From: Pecten maximus
Lineage: Eukaryota
Direction: 5' to 3'
Assembly: GCF_902652985.1 (NCBI RefSeq)
Contig: NC_047017.1
Coordinates: 42,904,001-42,968,000, forward strand
DNA: 64,000 nucleotides
The stretch's first letter is position 1. Each line of letters opens with the position of its first letter. The notes under the pieces were generated by a model. The model ran no database searches, was not told where the DNA came from, and saw only the letters and a program-made list of their open reading frames with translations. Positions 13,601 through 25,254 of this stretch are shown here, in pieces. The translations under genes were made by a program, and so were the position numbers.

Positions 13601-15212
13601 GATATCTATGATAAAACTGTTATTATGACAGATGATCTCAAGTTTATTTACAAGTAACAAATATTGTTTCATTGTTAAAGAAACGATTTATAAAGAAAAA
13701 CAGGAAACATCTCATATGATGACCTTTGACCCTAGTTGGTATCTGGCAGACAGCATTGGTGGGATCCTCTTTTCATCCTGCTCTATTGGCCCTGTATCAC
13801 TGAGGGAGGCGTCGGTGGAAAGTGATGTACGTGCAGACACTGTGACAATTCTCTCAGGCACTGTGAATATCTCTGGTTGACTACTCTCCCTGCTGCTCTC
13901 GCTTACATTCAGACAAGGGGACATAACTGCAAAAAAAGTGCAACTTATTAAAATGTAGGTTTTTTTGGCAGGGGTGGGGGTGGAGGTATACATAAATGTA
14001 ACATTAAAACTAAATGAATCACTCTCCTTTGCAGAAAATTATGTATACCGAGGTTTTTCTATAGGCCAGCTGTCATTCATGCATATTGACAATAAATTCC
14101 ATACCAAGATTATTCATGCCCGAATGGTTAAATGAACTGCACCACTTTGCAGACAATCTTACTATATGTTGTAGTGTATAATATGATACAAAAGTTTAAC
14201 ATATTCAGACTAAGGATTAAAAATGGATACCTTCTTTTTCAGGCAGAAGATCAACACTACCACTGAGATCTAATGTTGGGTCTTTTCCATGGTCACTCTG
14301 GGATTCCTCTAAATGTGTCTTCCTCTCTGACTGAATCATCTTCTTTGGTGTATGCCTCTCCACAAACACCTCTGAAGCCTTTTGTTTACTTACTCTGTAA
14401 GGATCAGGAGTGTTTGGGGGAGTAATGTGTGAGCGGATGCCTTTCCTTTCTATTAGCTCCTTGCCTTCATCTCGGGGAGAAAACTCTTCAAAGGTTTCAG
14501 TTCTTTGAGTTTGCATTGGTGAAAAGAAATGATTGTTTTCCGTGTAATCCCTTTTTGTGCCCTCACTAAGACCTCTAGGTGCAGATTGTATTTTAATTTT
14601 GCTAGTTTTTGAAATCACTGGTTTAGCAATGGCATTTTTACTTAAATTTTTGTCATCACTGTTTATATCTGATGCATGCACATCCACTGGTATTTCAACA
14701 GATTTAGCGGGTGCTTTTCTAACAGCTGAAACACTTCCTTTAACATTTTCTTTATTTCCTCCATCCCTAGGACTTATATCAAAAGGGGACTTTATCTCTC
14801 TCAATCTCTTGGATGAAATTTTTACTTTTTGTGCTCCAGAAGTATTAAAATTTTCTGAACCAATTGATATTTTGGAACACTTTGAAACATTACTTAAATT
14901 TTCCTCATCCTGTAACATAAAACTTCTTTGATCAGGATCGACAGTAGTAGATGTTATTAAAACATCACTGGCTGTAGTGCTCTCATCTGAATCATGAACA
15001 AGATGACGTATAACTTGGCCTTCATTTTTATCTGTCGCAGTATTGGTTTTACAAATACCACTATCATGACTTCGTGAGTCATGATATTGACTTTTCCCAA
15101 CTGATGCCCGTGAAGAGCGACTACTGGCAGAGGAAGACCTCGTAGATTTGTCCAGACCCTTGACTGCTGCATCTGTCAGGGCGAGCAACTCTAGCATACT
15201 AGATTGTGCCAT
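7686..15212 (-). CDS. KIAA0586: TALPID3 (KIAA0586) centrosomal/ciliogenesis protein, 5' part; the gene continues beyond the left end of the window
   Basis: Phase-consistent GT-AG coding exons: 15212-14231, 13926-13724, 13536-13394, 13225-13051, 12769-12557, 12333-12075, 7776-7686. The motifs AIAVAVAASAAVAATQPFLKAQQDLESKM, EKQLSQLTDQRIEHLERLQEHQLQMQ, SPLDTPAPRSRAPRPV and KGILEEIL match the N-terminal blocks of vertebrate TALPID3 as I recall them ([57 protein letters not shown]). Confidence 0.88.
8205..10365 (+). mobile_element. Degenerate non-autonomous Helentron/HINE-like element, interrupted by an insertion at ~8520-9920
   Basis: Starts AACAAGAGACCCAGAGG..CTCACCTGG. Internal ~160-bp repeats at 9930-10290. 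Ends with GGACGACGGACG followed by AGCTCACCTTGG. Same architecture as the other HINEs in this window. Confidence 0.55.
8826..8916 (+). mobile_element. tRNA-derived (SINE-like) head inside an inserted composite repeat
   Basis: A-box-like TGGCACAGTGG and B-box-like GAGTTTGAGGCCC. The downstream flank TCAAAAAGTTGTC..CCTTCGTCATTTG is duplicated at 8521. Confidence 0.5.
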
Positions 15213-15920
15213 GGTAAAACTGAAATAGACAAAAACAAGGATATACTATAAGAATGGAATCCATGTTATATCATATTTGTCACCATAAGGGATCAAACTG
15301 GCTCAAATTTTTTGACAAATATACATGTATGTGAAAATACTAGTAAAAGCAACATACAGATGTAAACTTCTAAGATTATAAATAAAACCTGTGGTAGGCT
15401 TTAATTTTATATAGTGTATATATATATATAGTAGTCATCAGCTTAGTTGAATTGATAGATGGACTGGCAGCTGGCCAAGGGTAAAAGATCCCCAGTGGAG
15501 TCACACGTGTCACTACTTGCTTTCCTGTTACATTTGGTGCCATTAACCACTCTAAATGCAAACTATACCAGATTGATAAGCTTTATTGAAGATAGAACCT
15601 GGGTTGATGTTGTGTACATTAATCGCATACCGTACATCATCATATAATGTACGTACGAAACCACATGTGGGCTACGTGTTCACACGCAACTTTTGGCTTA
15701 ACAATACTAGTAAATACATTTGTTCGAGTTGAGAGGGTATTTCCCCCTCAATTGAAAGTTCCAGTGCTTAATTAGAAAGCATGTGTCTCAACTTTGAAAG
15801 ACTACACTGGAACTCCAACTCTGACGTTCTCAACTCATGATTCGATTTCTGTGACCAAGGGAACCAATGGTGATTCGTTCGCATAAGTAGAAAGCGGATG
15901 TCAATGCATACACCAATTAC

Positions 15921-16300
15921 CTCTTTTTCTATATAACAATATGCATATTTTTCTTAATCGATGTTGAATCGAGCTTAACACTCATTGTATCCCTCTTCAT
16001 TCCAAACTCCCGCTGCCATTTTTGTCAACAATGTCATCACCAAACACTTCTTGTAAGAAGCGATCTGATTGGTCGAATTCTTCGGAATTTCATTGCCGTA
16101 ATACTTTATCTTTTTTTCTTGAAATAACATATACCATATTTTATGTGATTTTTAATAGATCTCAATGAATGCACTGACTTAATTATATAGTGTTTAATAT
16201 GATACTCACTTATTCATCATTGAATTTGCGACATGTAAATTTAGGTTTTAACCGATTTCCGGTGGTGTATGTGTCTGAGCTTGACTTTTTATACCCACGT
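15921..16300. promoter_or_regulatory. TALPID3 non-coding first exon and putative bidirectional promoter shared with TIMM9-like copy 1
   Basis: Donor AG|GTAATT on the - strand at 15921/15920. YY1/TISU-like AAAATGGCAGC at ~16012-16022 (-). ATTGG (CCAAT box) at 16068-16072. TTTCCGG ETS-like site at ~16256. Locally CpG-richer than the surroundings. Confidence 0.55.
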
Positions 16301-16608
16301 GCAAGTATGTCATGTTTTCATATTTATTATCGAGTATAGACTGAAAAATTGACCCTATAACCAGCTTAGAAAAGGATGTAACATAGGATTCAATTTTAAA
16401 ACCACAAATACGTGGTTGATCTTCATTTGATTTCTCCTCTGAATCATGAGGTATAACATCAGATAGATAGGCTAGCAGCCTACATGTAGCTATCATGTAC
16501 TACGTATACGTATATATGATATATAGGGAAGCACCACAACATATTTTATAGCGTTGTTCCCCATCCCTCTGTAACTGGTGATTTTTAAAGCCGCGTTCGG
16601 TATTTAGG

Positions 16609-16735
16609 CACAGGCGTTTGCATCTGGTTGTTGCAATTGGTAGAAAAAAGTATTAACCCCTACTCCTATAGATGTAGTAGGACCTAATTTATTTTTTCTT
16701 TAGGCCTAAATATACTTCAGACGCAGACGCCTGTG
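16609..16735. mobile_element. 127-bp MITE with 18-bp TIRs and a 7-bp TSD
   Basis: TIRs CACAGGCGTTTGCATCTG / CAGACGCAGACGCCTGTG (2 mismatches). Direct repeat ATTTAGG at 16602-16608 and 16736-16742. Confidence 0.8.
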
Positions 16736-17014
16736 ATTTAGGGTTCCGTTATACCAAGGATGTGAATTCCTAAATTCTGTCCCGCTCCGTTACTTCAAAA
16801 TTCTAGACGGACGCTCTTAACAATTTGAGCTATAATTCTACCAGCTTTCAGCCCAGTCCAATTCTGCTGCACATGTACAAAATGTATACATGTATAGTGT
16901 ACATGTAACTATAGCCAGAAATGAATATATATATAATGTTCTTTTTACTTTAATTTTGTACATGTCCACAATTCGGCAAGATTAAGAATATATAGTAATC
17001 CGGCATTCCCACTA

Positions 17015-19095
17015 TTTTTGTGTCGCCTAATTATAATTTATAATGAAGCGACATATATATATATACATGTCACTATGTCGGTGGCGGCGTCTGCCAATGG
17101 TTTCCGTGCGATAAATTTAGTTCCCTAGGGCCAATCAAACTCAAACTCCAAACAGCACTTCAATTCCTTACCAAAAGTGCTTGCTTGGGATTTTCACGTT
17201 TAAAGGTTAAAGGTCAAGGACACTGTTACTATTAATAGAAAATAGGTTTCCATACAATAATTTGAGTTCCTATGGGCCAATCAAACTCAAACTTCAAACA
17301 GCGCTTCCTTATGAAAAGTGCTTGCTTGGGATTGCTTTTCAGGTTTGAAGGTTAAAGGTCAAAGTCACTTACTGTAAATAAAAAATTGGTTTCCATGCGA
17401 CACTTGAGTTCCCCTGGGCCAATCAAACTCAAACTTCATACAGTGTTTCCTTACCAAAAGTGCTTGCTTGGGATTGCTTTTCAGGTTTAAAGGTCAAGGT
17501 CACTGTTACTATAAATAAAAATTGGTTTCCATGCGATAACTTGAGTTCCCCTGGGCCCTGCAGGTAGGGCGTAAGAATTGTACCTGCTGCCCCCATTGCA
17601 TGATCGTAAGAGGCGACTGAATTTGGGATCTTATCTTTTCTCTTCTTTCTGAACAACTTTCTTCTTCCTAATGTCTCCCTTGACACTGCCTCACGTTTGG
17701 CCTTTAGTTGAGCATTCGCCCCTGTGAGGAAGGCTTCGGGTTCTGTCCCCTGTCCGAGACATACCAGCGTCTTTAAAAATGGTAGTTGCTGCTCCTGCTT
17801 AGCGCTCGGCATACGAGGAGTGGGACGACTGGTTCGCCCATTGTCAGTATAATGTGACCAGGTTGGGTGTCCTGCTGGGTGTCTTCGGCAGTATGCTTTA
17901 GTGAGGTAGCACTATAAATCGGCAAAAGTTCCGGCCTATCACAAGGAGACTTAACACAAACATACCGCAGCCTCCCAAAACACACATACACGCTCACCAC
18001 ACGCATGCATGTCGCACGCACGGGAGGCCATCCTTAAATGACCTTAGCTGTTAATAGGACGTTAAACAAAATAAACCAAACCAAACCAATCAAACTCAAA
18101 CTTCAAACAGCACTTCCTTACGAAAAGTGCTTGCTTGGGATTGCTTTGAAGGTTTGAAGGTCAAAGGTCAAGGTCACTTACTATAAATAAAAAATTGGTT
18201 TCCATGCAACACTTGAGTTCCCCCGGGCCAATCAAACTCAAACTTCATACAGTGCTTCCTTACCATAAGTGCTTGCCTGGGATCGCTTTTCAGGTTTGAA
18301 GGTCAAAGGTCAAGGACACTGTTACTATTAATAGAAAATTGGTTTCCATATAATAACTTCAGTTCCCGGAACTGAACTTCCCATGGGCTAATCAAACTCA
18401 AACTTCAAACAGCGCTTCCTTGCGAAAAGTGCTTGCATGGGATTGCTTTTCAGGTTTGAAGGTCAAAGGTCAAGGTCACTTACTATAAATAAAAAAAATT
18501 GGTTTCCATGCGACACTTGAGTTCCCCTGGGCCAAATCAAACTCAAACTTCACACAGTGCTTCCTTACCGAAAGTGCTTGCTTGGGATTGCTTTTCAGGT
18601 TTGTAGGTCAAAGGTCAAGGTCACTGATACTATCAACAGAAAATTTGTTTCCATGTGATAACTCGACTTTTCCTTAGCCAATCAGGCTCAAACTTCATAC
18701 AGTGCTTCTTTACCTCAAGTCCTTGCTTAGATTGCTTTTCAGGATCAAAGGTCAAAGGTCATTGTTACTATAAATAAAAAATAGGTTTGCTTGCGATAAC
18801 TTGAGATCCTTTGGGCCAATCAAATGCAAACTTGATGCATTGTTTTCTTACAGGAAGTGCTTGCTTGGGATTGCTTTCCTGTTCGATGTTCAAAGGTCAA
18901 GGTTACTGTAACTCTTAATAGAAAATTGAGGTTCCATGTGATAACTCAAGTTCCCTTCGGCCAATCAAACTCAAACTTTGTAGAGTGCTTCCTTGGGATT
19001 GCTTTTCAGGTTCGAAGGTCAAGGTCACTGTAAATGAATAGAAAATCTGTCCAGTTCCTTTTGGTCAATCAACCTAAAACTTCATATAGTGCTTA
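17015..19095 (-). mobile_element. HINE/Helentron-like element with ~145-bp internal tandem repeats, interrupted by a SINE
   Basis: Repeated CCAATCAAACTCAAACTTC...GTGCTTGCTTGGGATTGCTTTTCAGG...AAGGTCAAGGTCACT units. Terminal TGTCGC..GCGACA hairpin and a GGCGGCGTC tract at 17020-17095. Confidence 0.7.
17557..18088 (+). mobile_element. SINE (Meta-domain-like central region) with an (AAACC)n tail
   Basis: Splits a host repeat unit at CTGGGCC|AATCAAACTC. Contains CTTTAAAAATGGTAGTTGCTGCTCC..GCTTAGCGCTCGGCAT..GTGAGGTAGCACTATAAA, and the tail GACGTTAAACAAAATAAACCAAACCAAACC. Confidence 0.75.
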
Positions 19096-19683
19096 CGGTT
19101 TTGATTTGCAAAGCAGATCAGTTTGATTCCTGCGCAAGGTGTATCCAAATTATGAACACAGGACTTCTGAACTCTTGGACAAATGCTGTAACCATCTGAG
19201 CTAGCAGCTGGCCATGCCACCATACAGTACTTGGCCCTGTCCAGTTCATGCAGCTACACAATGCATACAGTTAGCCTTTCCCATAATACCAATAATGTGT
19301 ACCCAGCAACTTAATTACATATACATTTTAGGAACTTAATTTCACATGTATAGCAAATGTTTTACTATTCGATTCCTGATGAGAAAAGACTAGGTATGGC
19401 ATGGAGTCTCCTGATTGACAATTTTGTTTTGAGTATCCTGGTTTCCTCCCATGAACTTTCTATATTGATTCTATATTCTATATTGACATTTGTGTGAACA
19501 AGTGATTTAAAATATCCATTGATAAAACAAATTAAAAAAACTGTACTCCTCCTTTCCTTAGATAAATATAATTTAGAATGTAGAATTATAAATCTGTCTT
19601 GGTTGTGTTTAAGTGATGATGTCATTACCAATATTTTTTTCATTTTTGTTTTAGGTAAATATTGAAATAAAGAAATTTGCACC

Positions 19684-21695
19684 ATGGCTGCTCAAGAGCC
19701 TAATATTATGCAGATGCCAAATGAATCTATGCAGGTATATGTATCTACACATCTATTAACTTATCTGTCACACTTATTTTCTTATTTGGCCTGAAGTATA
19801 TGGTAAATAAATTTATTCTTGTATTATTTTATTTATAATTAATTGTAAATAACTCATTTTGTATGTTAATTCAGACCAGGAAAAAAAATCACTACTATAA
19901 ATACATGTAACCCTTTCGTGCCAAGGAAAATCTAGAATCAAAATAATTGTCAAATGTGATGGCTGTTGTAAATATTAAGATGAAAAGTTCTGTTGCATTT
20001 AATACCATTATAATTACAAGTTTATATTTTAATTGTACATGTAAGGTGGTCATCACCTACATAATAAAACTTTCAAATTAAGCACATAAGTAGTTTTTGC
20101 CTCCAGATGTCCATTCCTACTTTCAATGATTATTATGGAGTCTAGTGTCCAGCTTGACGAGGACAATACTTTCCAATAAACAGCCCAGTCTACAAGCTGC
20201 ATTTGAGAGATTAATGATACATATTAAAAGCAAGACATCATCAACACAGCACTATGTGATAATTATAAGATTTAGTGTCTGGAACTTGACCCCTGGTCTT
20301 GTATATTAACATGGAACTTGACCCCAGGTCTTGTATATTAACATGGAAATTGACCTCAGGTCTTGTATATTAACCTGAAACTTGACCCCAGGTCTTGTGT
20401 CTTAACATGGAACTTGACCTTAGGTCTTGTATATATATTAACATGGAACTTGACCCCTGGTCTTGTATATTAACGTGAAACTTGACCCCAGGTCTCGTAT
20501 ATTAACATGGAACTTGACCTCAGGTCTTGTATGTTAACATGGAAATTGACCTCAGGTCTTTTATATTAACATGAAACTTGACCTCAGGTCTTGTATATTA
20601 ACATGGAACTTGACCCCAGGTCTTGTATATTAACATGGAAATTGACCTCAGGTCTTGTATATTAACAAAAGTATTTATTAAATACCTAGTATATTAAGTC
20701 TACTCAAGTTCAATGTGTATACAGATGAAATTCAACTTTTATAATGAATTTTCCTTTCAGTGGAAAACACTTCTCTTGGACTACAATAGGTTAACGGAGG
20801 ACTGCTTTATAGATTGTGTGCATGACTTCACCTCAAAGAAAGCTAACAAGGCAGAGGTAATGAACAATAGTTAATGGTTCATAGGAAACACAGGTCTTAA
20901 TTGGGCTTCGTTCAATAACTGCACAATAATTTGGGACATTCCTAAATTATTTATGGGCATTTTGTAAACCCTGGAATTATAGGAATAAAGCAAGTTCTGA
21001 AAGTCCGAGTCAAGACAAGGTTTCTTAAATAAAGTGGTATATATATATATATAGAGGATATCTAACAGTGTCTTCAGTGATACCAAATGTATTTCACGAG
21101 TGGGGCTATTATTTTGGTATTTTTCACAAGCGCGCCACACATGTGAAAATTATCAAAATATTAGTCGCACAAGTGAAATATATTTGGTATTACTGAAGAT
21201 ACTGTTAGATATTCTGTTTTTTACATTTTATAGCAAAATCTACCAGGGCAGCTATAAGTTCTCCTATGTCGTTTGTAAGTAGTGTTTTGATTGGTCAAAT
21301 CACAAAAAGTGATATTTTTCACTAGTGAAAATATCACCTTTATAGAATGAATAATTTTCAATATTTCACTGGTAAAAATGTAATTAATACATACCGATAT
21401 ATACCGTCAAGTACATTCAGGTATCCCCGATATTCCAGGGGATCACATACGCTCTCTTCACAGAATAAATCCAAAACTAGGGTTTATTTGACCCATATTG
21501 CAGAGGTAAATCACTGTATTAACAAGAATTAAAGGAATGCCTCCTGTTGTCAACTTACTTTTGTGTTTTCAGTTGACGTGCACAAAAAATTGTTTACAAA
21601 AGCAATTCAAGGTGATTCAGCGTATTGCTCAACGAATCCATGAATTCCAGTGGATGAAGGTTGAAGGCATGGAGGCTTTGACAGTACAAAGATGA
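19684..21695 (+). CDS. TIMM9: Mitochondrial intermembrane-space chaperone Tim9-like, copy 1 (89 aa)
   Basis: Exons 19684-19734, 20761-20856, 21573-21695. Protein MAAQEPNIMQMPNESMQWKTLLLDYNRLTEDCFIDCVHDFTSKKANKAELTCTKNCLQKQFKVIQRIAQRIHEFQWMKVEGMEALTVQR. Twin CX3C motifs 15 aa apart. Acceptor AG at 19653-19654 implies an upstream non-coding exon. AATAAA at ~21927. Confidence 0.9.
20281..20667. repeat. 32-bp minisatellite (~12 copies) in a Tim9 copy 1 intron
   Basis: Unit ACATGGAACTTGACCCCAGGTCTTGTATATTA. Confidence 0.92.
21051..21340. mobile_element. Palindromic non-autonomous element (long fold-back) in a Tim9 copy 1 intron
   Basis: ~80-bp imperfect arms AGAGGATATCTAACAGTGTCTTCAGTGATACCAAATG... 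/ ...TATTTGGTATTACTGAAGATACTGTTAGATATTCTG at 21051-21218, plus the palindrome GTGATATTTTTCACTAGTGAAAATATCAC at 21310-21338. Confidence 0.65.
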
Positions 21696-22507
21696 TGAAA
21701 AACTAGTGAAATTAATCTTTTATGTTGACATATTCAAGTAATAATGAAGGAGCTCATCCTGCTTCTTTGTGACAGAAAAGAGCTGATATACCATCCATTC
21801 TAGAAGAGGACCTGTTTCTGTGCAACCCACTGGGTGTTGGTAGACGAAATAATAGGCCTCCTTGTATGGAAGTGTATTGATTAGTGTATTTTGTTGTTGT
21901 TTTTATGATATGATTACTGTATTTATAATAAAAATGTCAAAATCCATATGAATGTGTTTTATTATAATTGTATACATAAGCTTATTGGTTAAAATTGTCA
22001 ATGCTATACTTTGTTTGCTTTTTGTCCTGTAAATTAAAGAAACATGTTTGATTATCAATGACGTTGCTATCTTGTCCAAAAAAAATCTAGATTTATATTA
22101 TCCCATTTGGTCTGTGGCATCAATGGTGAAGAGGACTCAATTTAGTATAAATAGTAGGTAAATCTTCACTTTGATTGTGCAACAGTATATCAGACTGTTT
22201 ATTACTATAGCATCGGAACGTCTCTTTAGGATTTCGATTTGGCATAGTGGTAGACCAGCTGCAGGTATTCTGGCTATGAAACTCCTTCTGTATATCGGAA
22301 AGAAATTTTCACCAAGTATTGTCTGGAGCATTGTACAATTATGTAAAACTGAGGATTTGCTCTCTTCAAAGAACATGTAAATTATAATATTTTTCTGTAG
22401 TCCCCATATTGGGCGGGCATTCCTTTTTGAAGTCCCTCAGCCTTGAACCATCTGCAATTCATGACTAATTTTGAGAAAAGTCATCTCACCAAACATTGTA
22501 ACCTGAG

Positions 22508-22556
22508 TTTCCTCTGGCCCCGACACCATGTCTGGTGGTGTCGGGGCCAGAGGAAA
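22508..22556. repeat. Perfect 21-bp GC-rich inverted repeat (hairpin)
   Basis: TTTCCTCTGGCCCCGACACCA - 7-nt loop - TGGTGTCGGGGCCAGAGGAAA. Confidence 0.9.
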
Positions 22557-23681
22557 GTCCGGCTACGTATAGCCCTTCAACTCGGCATGTTCCTAGCCCC
22601 CATCATGAACCCAGCTCTTGCTTGGTGTTTGAATAAAAAGTATTTAACACACTTGACACCTTGAAAGTAATAGTAATTAACCAGCAGCATCCCAGGATGC
22701 TACTGGTCCAATATCATAATCCTGAACCTCTTGGTTGTTGAGAAGAAATTGTTTAATTTAACATCTGTGACCTTCAAAGTAGATCAAGGTCATTCATTGG
22801 AGCACACTTGGTAGCCTTCAATGGCCTTTTAGCATGAACTTTGAATATTTGAGAAGTTGCTTAGATATTTTATCACATTTGGCCCCTGTGACCTTGATAA
22901 TTGGTCATGGGTCATTCATTTGAACAAACTTTGTAGCCCTTTATCCAAGTATGTTACAGGCCAAAAATCTGGTCTCTGGGTCTTTTAATTGGTTATTGAG
23001 AAGTTAAATTGTTTAAATAATTCACCACCTTTGAGTGACCTTGAAAGTAGATCAAGGTCATTTGTTTGAACAAACATGAGAATAAGTTTTAAAGGGAAAT
23101 CTTGATGCCATACAAATTACAAACACAGCTCCACAGAATAAGCCCACTTACCCTTCAGGCAGGCGAGTTAAAAATCGTTGAACCCAAATGATCTGTTAAA
23201 AACTGAGAGGGTGGATCTTTATAAACAGCAATATCTTTATATACAGCTATATCTGCTATTCTATAATGCTTTGTCAAAATTTTACAGGCATACAAAATTA
23301 CATGTTTCATGTTTAGAACGAGAGGCCAAGATGGCCTGTACTGCTCACATGGCTAACCAGGAATAATGGCAAAGTTACTATTAGTATATATATTTTCATG
23401 TTGACCTTATGTTAGTAATATTTCTAATAGAGGTTATATGAATTATTGATGTACTGGTTGATCATAATATAGAGTTTTGCATTTATTTATTGGTAGTCAG
23501 TTAATGGTATTGAAATAACAAAAATTACCTGGTGGTACAGTGTTTTTGAAAACAAGCACATAACCCACAAAAAAACTAGATGCAATGTACATCTAGCAAT
23601 GAGAAGCGTTTTGTTGAACCTGTGTGTTTTTACACAAGTGCTACTTTTAAGTCAAAAGCTATATAAACCATTGGAATACTT

Positions 23682-24685
23682 AACAAGAAATCCCAGAGTG
23701 ATCTTGGCGCCCACCATTGAATGATCTTTATAGGTTTCATGTCAGATTGATCTCTCTATTTTCCCCTTCCTCTTACTAATCTGTGTTAATTGAAAAACAT
23801 CCCTCCAGTACTTTTCAAACAAGGGGAACCTATATATGAAATCTGAGATTAAGCGATAATGACTGTCTGTTGGCCATATTGTTTTCAGATTGGTCCCAAA
23901 ATATATATGAGGGACCAAGGGGAACCTACATATGTAATTTGAGAAAGATCCCTTCAGCACTTTCTGGGAAATAGCGATAACAAACTTTAAATTGTCAAAA
24001 TCCAAGATGGCTGCCTGTCGGCCATCTTGTTTTCCTAGTCGACCGGTCCCAAAATGCAATATGCATAACTAGGGAAGAAGGGGAACCTACATATGAAATT
24101 TGAGAAAGATCCCTTTTGTACTTTCTGTAAAATAGCGATGACAAACTTTAAATTGTCAAAATCCAAGATGGCTGCCTGTCAGCCATCTTGTTTTCCGAGT
24201 CGACCGGTCCCAAAATGCAATATGCATAACTAGGGAAGAAGGGGAACCTACATATGAAATTTGAGAAAGATCCCTTTTGTACTTTCTGTAAAATAGCGAT
24301 GACAAACTTTAAATTGTCAAAATCCAAGATGGCTGCCTGTTGGCCATGTTGTTTTCCGATTGGTGTCAAAATGCAATATGCATAACAAGACACCGAGGGG
24401 AACCTACATATGAAATTTGAGAAAAAAAACCTTCAGTACTCTCTTGGAAATAGCGATAACATACTTCAATTGTCAAAATCCAAGATGGCTGTCTGTCGGC
24501 CATATTGTTTTCCGATTGGTCCCAAAATGCAATATGCATAACTAGGCACCAAGGGGAACCTACATATGAAATTTGAGAAAAATCCCTTCATTTCTTTCTG
24601 AGAAATAGCAATAACAAGAATTGTTTACGGACGGACGGACCATGGACGCAGGGCGATTTGAATAGCCCACCATCTGATGATGGGA
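23682..24685 (+). mobile_element. HINE/Helentron-like element, family B, copy 1 (~155-160-bp internal repeats)
   Basis: 5' AACAAGAAATCCCAGAG..GCGCCCACCA. Repeats of GAAATTTGAGAAAGATCCC..TCCAAGATGGCTGCC. (ACGG)n tract followed by AGCCCACCATCTGATGATGG at the end. Confidence 0.8.
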
Positions 24686-25254
24686 TTTTAAGATATTTGC
24701 CTCTATAGAGATCTTGAGGATCATATGAGGAAACTTGATAAAACTCCTTCTTAGGTACATATATATGTACCTACTGGCCAAATATTAATTATATAAGCAA
24801 GGAAACTTTATAGCACTCTTTACTCCTTGAGACCAATTTGCAAAATATACAGGCTCTTTTGAAATTTGAGGCGATTTTGTAAGTTTATACCATATTTGAC
24901 CTGCGACCTTGACAATAGGTCAAGGTAATTCATATGAGAAAACGTTAATGTACTCTGCCCCAGGTACCTCCTGTCAAAATTTCAGTCAGTAAGTTGCTTA
25001 TAGTTTTTCACAAGTTAAATTTGACATACAGACAGTTTGCAGATTATCAAACAAACTGGACACATTTAGAGACTGAAATTTCAAGACTTGCCATTATAAA
25101 TGGAAAATATTTATCACTTAAAATTTGGTATTTTATCATCATCATGCCCTGCAATTCTTAAAACATCTTTTTTTTTCTTTTTTTTTTTACCACAAATATA
25201 ACAACATCATATCTCTTTAATCTATTTTAATTAACAGTATACAAAATAATAAAA

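Noticed and set aside
23705-23716. TGGCGCCCACCA as a retroviral PBS (also at ~25278)
   Set aside because: No adjacent LTR. GCCCACCA is the subterminal repeat that recurs in the HINE 3' hairpin.
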